Source: an uncultured Ruminococcus sp.
GTDB lineage: Bacteria > Bacillota > Clostridia > Oscillospirales > Acutalibacteraceae
Reading direction: 5' to 3'
Assembly (NCBI GenBank): GCA_902796915.1
Contig: CADBQS010000064.1
Span: 12,591-76,590, forward strand
Length of the DNA stretch: 64,000 nt
A model generated the notes under the pieces. The model was not told where the DNA came from. It saw only the letters and a program-made list of their open reading frames with translations, and did not search any database. The first letter of the stretch is position 1; each line of letters begins with the position of its first letter. The position numbers and the translations under genes are program-made. Positions 62,368-64,000 of the stretch are shown here, in pieces.

Positions 62368-62397
62368 CACGGAAACCAAAAAGTTTCCGTGTTTTTA
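62368..62397 (+). terminator. Rho-independent terminator after the DUF1858 gene
   Basis: Stem CACGGAAAC / GTTTCCGTG followed by T5. It lies inside the 5' extension of track ORF 62340, which is therefore rejected. Confidence 0.75.
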
Positions 62398-62429
62398 TAA
62401 GATTAATAAACTTAGCAGGAGAAATTTAC

Positions 62430-63122
62430 ATGAAATGTAAGAGATTATTTAAATTAAGCCCTAGGCTGCAAATGTGTGCTAACATGATAAATCCAAATGC
62501 AAGTATAGTTGATGTTGGAACAGACCATGCTTATTTACCGATTTGGCTCGCGAGGATGGGGAGAATATCCAAAGCAATAGCATGCGATATAAATTTGATG
62601 CCACTTGAAAGAGCTAAAAAAAATATTGATAAATATGAAGTTTCATCTATCATAGAAACTAGAATTTCTGATGGATTGAAAGGTATAAATGAGGGTGAGG
62701 TAGATGAGATAATCATAGCTGGTATGGGTGGAGAACTAATTGCTAAAATTATAGAAGATACGGAATGGATAAAAAGTAAAAAATTGATATTAAATCCTAT
62801 GTCATCTGATATGAATTTAAGGGTATACTTATCTAAAAATGGGTATGAAATTAACGAAGAAGTAGCTGTTTTATCTGACAATAAAGTATATACTGTGATG
62901 AATTGTGAATATACAGGTAAAGAAAATAATTACTGTGATGAGTATTACTTTGTTGGAAAATTACTGGAAAATAATTTAAATAAAGATACTTTAATTTATA
63001 TAAATAATCAGATCAAAGACTTGAAAAATAGAAAGAAAGGGGAGGAGATAAAACAAAATTATTCTAATGTAAGAAGAATTGAGAAAGTGATAGAATATTT
63101 GAGTAAATATTTAAATAATTAG
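62430..63122 (+). CDS. trmK: tRNA (adenine22-N1)-methyltransferase TrmK
   Basis: LSPRLQMCANMI...VDVGTDHAYLPIWL, DGLKG and IIIAGMGGELIAKII. It is followed by a Nif3-family gene, as in the yqfN-yqfO pair. Confidence 0.88.
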   Translation: MKCKRLFKLSPRLQMCANMINPNASIVDVGTDHAYLPIWLARMGRISKAIACDINLMPLERAKKNIDKYEVSSIIETRISDGLKGINEGEVDEIIIAGMGGELIAKIIEDTEWIKSKKLILNPMSSDMNLRVYLSKNGYEINEEVAVLSDNKVYTVMNCEYTGKENNYCDEYYFVGKLLENNLNKDTLIYINNQIKDLKNRKKGEEIKQNYSNVRRIEKVIEYLSKYLNN

Positions 63123-63139
63123 AGTAAGGAGAGAAAATT

Positions 63140-64000
63140 TTGACTAAGGTTAAAGACATATATAAATATTTAGATAAACTTGCACCATTTAATTCAGCTA
63201 TGGATTTTGATAATTGTGGTTTACTAGTAGGAGATATGGAACAGGACGTAAGAAATGTTATGATATCTCTTGATATTACAAAAGAAGTAGTGAAAGAGGC
63301 TTCGAATAATGATATACAGTTAATAATAAGTCATCATCCGATAATATTTAAACCATTAAAATATATTAATTCAAATAGTGTACCTTATATGCTTGCAAAC
63401 AGTGAAATAAGTGCTATTTGTGCTCACACTAATTTAGACATGGCGGACGAAGGAGTAAATACGTGTCTTGCAGATGCTTTAGAATTAAATAATATACATC
63501 CATTATCAATATATAAAAAAGAATATTATAATAAGATAGTTGTATTTGCTCCTAAGGAATATGAGTCTATTATAATTGAAAAAATGTCTGAAAATGGAGC
63601 TGGAGAGTTAGGCGATTACTCCAAATGTAGTTTTTCATCGTTTGGATTAGGTAAGTATTTATGTGGAAAGGATTCAAATCCATTTATAGGAAAGCCGAAT
63701 AAATATGAGATTACAGATGAAATAAAGATTGAGATGATATGTAAAAAATGTGATACTAAAAATGTAATAAGTGCTATGAAATCCGTACATCCTTATGAAG
63801 AACCAGCATTTGACGTATTTGAAGATAAGGCAATTAGATATAATATACCATTAGGTTTGGTAGGTAGGTTAGATAAAGCTATGAATAGTAAAGAGTTTGC
63901 ATACTATGTGAAGGATAAGCTGAAGTGTGAAGGTGTTCGTTATACAGAACAAAACGAAAAAATAAATAAAGTAGCTGTATGCTCCGGAGCAGGAGGAGAT
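63140..64000 (+). CDS. Nif3-family (YqfO-like) dinuclear-metal-centre protein; 3' end lies outside the window
   Basis: TTG start after an AAGGAGAG SD; open to the window end. Motifs are DFDNCGLLVGD, LIISHHPIIFKPLK and the AHTNLD block. Not in the ORF track because it has no stop codon within the window. Confidence 0.88.
   Translation, partial: MTKVKDIYKYLDKLAPFNSAMDFDNCGLLVGDMEQDVRNVMISLDITKEVVKEASNNDIQLIISHHPIIFKPLKYINSNSVPYMLANSEISAICAHTNLDMADEGVNTCLADALELNNIHPLSIYKKEYYNKIVVFAPKEYESIIIEKMSENGAGELGDYSKCSFSSFGLGKYLCGKDSNPFIGKPNKYEITDEIKIEMICKKCDTKNVISAMKSVHPYEEPAFDVFEDKAIRYNIPLGLVGRLDKAMNSKEFAYYVKDKLKCEGVRYTEQNEKINKVAVCSGAGGD

Noticed and set aside
1-64000. Alternative genetic code (UGA recoding), considered because of the very low G+C.
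   Set aside because: Conserved genes terminate at the expected positions with TAA, TGA or TAG (for example tyrS ends in TGA). Trp is encoded by TGG throughout, and no conserved protein is interrupted by in-frame TGA.
1-64000. CRISPR arrays, rRNA, tmRNA, RNase P, SRP RNA, common riboswitches (THF near fol genes, glycine near glyA, lysine near lysS, M-box near the ATPase), and mobile elements.
   Set aside because: I saw no regularly spaced repeats and no conserved cores of these RNAs in any spacer. Most spacers are shorter than 150 nt and nearly pure A/T. No transposase or integrase-like ORF is present. A covariance-model scan would be needed to exclude small RNAs formally.

Overview
This 64-kb window comes from a very AT-rich chromosome of an endospore-forming, Clostridia-type Firmicute that uses the standard genetic code. 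My hand counts give about 20% G+C in many genes and spacers and roughly 40% by eye in tuf and the rps genes. Sporulation markers cwlD, ylmC/ymxH and bofA-yaaL are present. About 55 tightly packed genes are overwhelmingly housekeeping: uvrA (3' part), folP-folB-folK, nusB-xseA-xseB-ispA-dxs-tlyA-nadK-recN, pduL, pcrA, alaS, tyrS, rpoB-rpoC, rpsL-rpsG-fusA-tuf, a phosphohexomutase, tdk, dnaB-tilS-hpt-ftsH, htrA, a P-type ATPase, ylmC, cwlD, radA, glyA, greA, lysS, a TIGR03960/TIGR03936-type radical-SAM pair, bofA, yaaL, rnr, secG, trmK and a Nif3-family gene (5' part). I found no rRNA, no convincing tRNA, no CRISPR array, no transposase, integrase or phage genes, and no recognisable defence or toxin-antitoxin system. 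The non-core material is a set of one- or two-gene inserts between core operons. The most interesting signal is three dispersed ORFs with canonical double-glycine (bacteriocin/RiPP-type) leaders and no C39/PCAT exporter in the window. Two of these are large proteins (an S41 peptidase and a 378-aa Nif11-leader protein) in which the Gly-Gly is followed by a homologous signal-peptide-like segment. Other items worth a second look are a G+C-rich two-gene island encoding a 23-Cys protein, a decayed tRNA-like element in an mRNA leader, an ORF with an in-frame TAA after a strong start site, an extra small ORF inside the str operon, an orphan gene cassette with consensus promoter and terminator, and a Gly-rich secreted protein. 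All family assignments rest on motifs read from the translations; no database search was possible.
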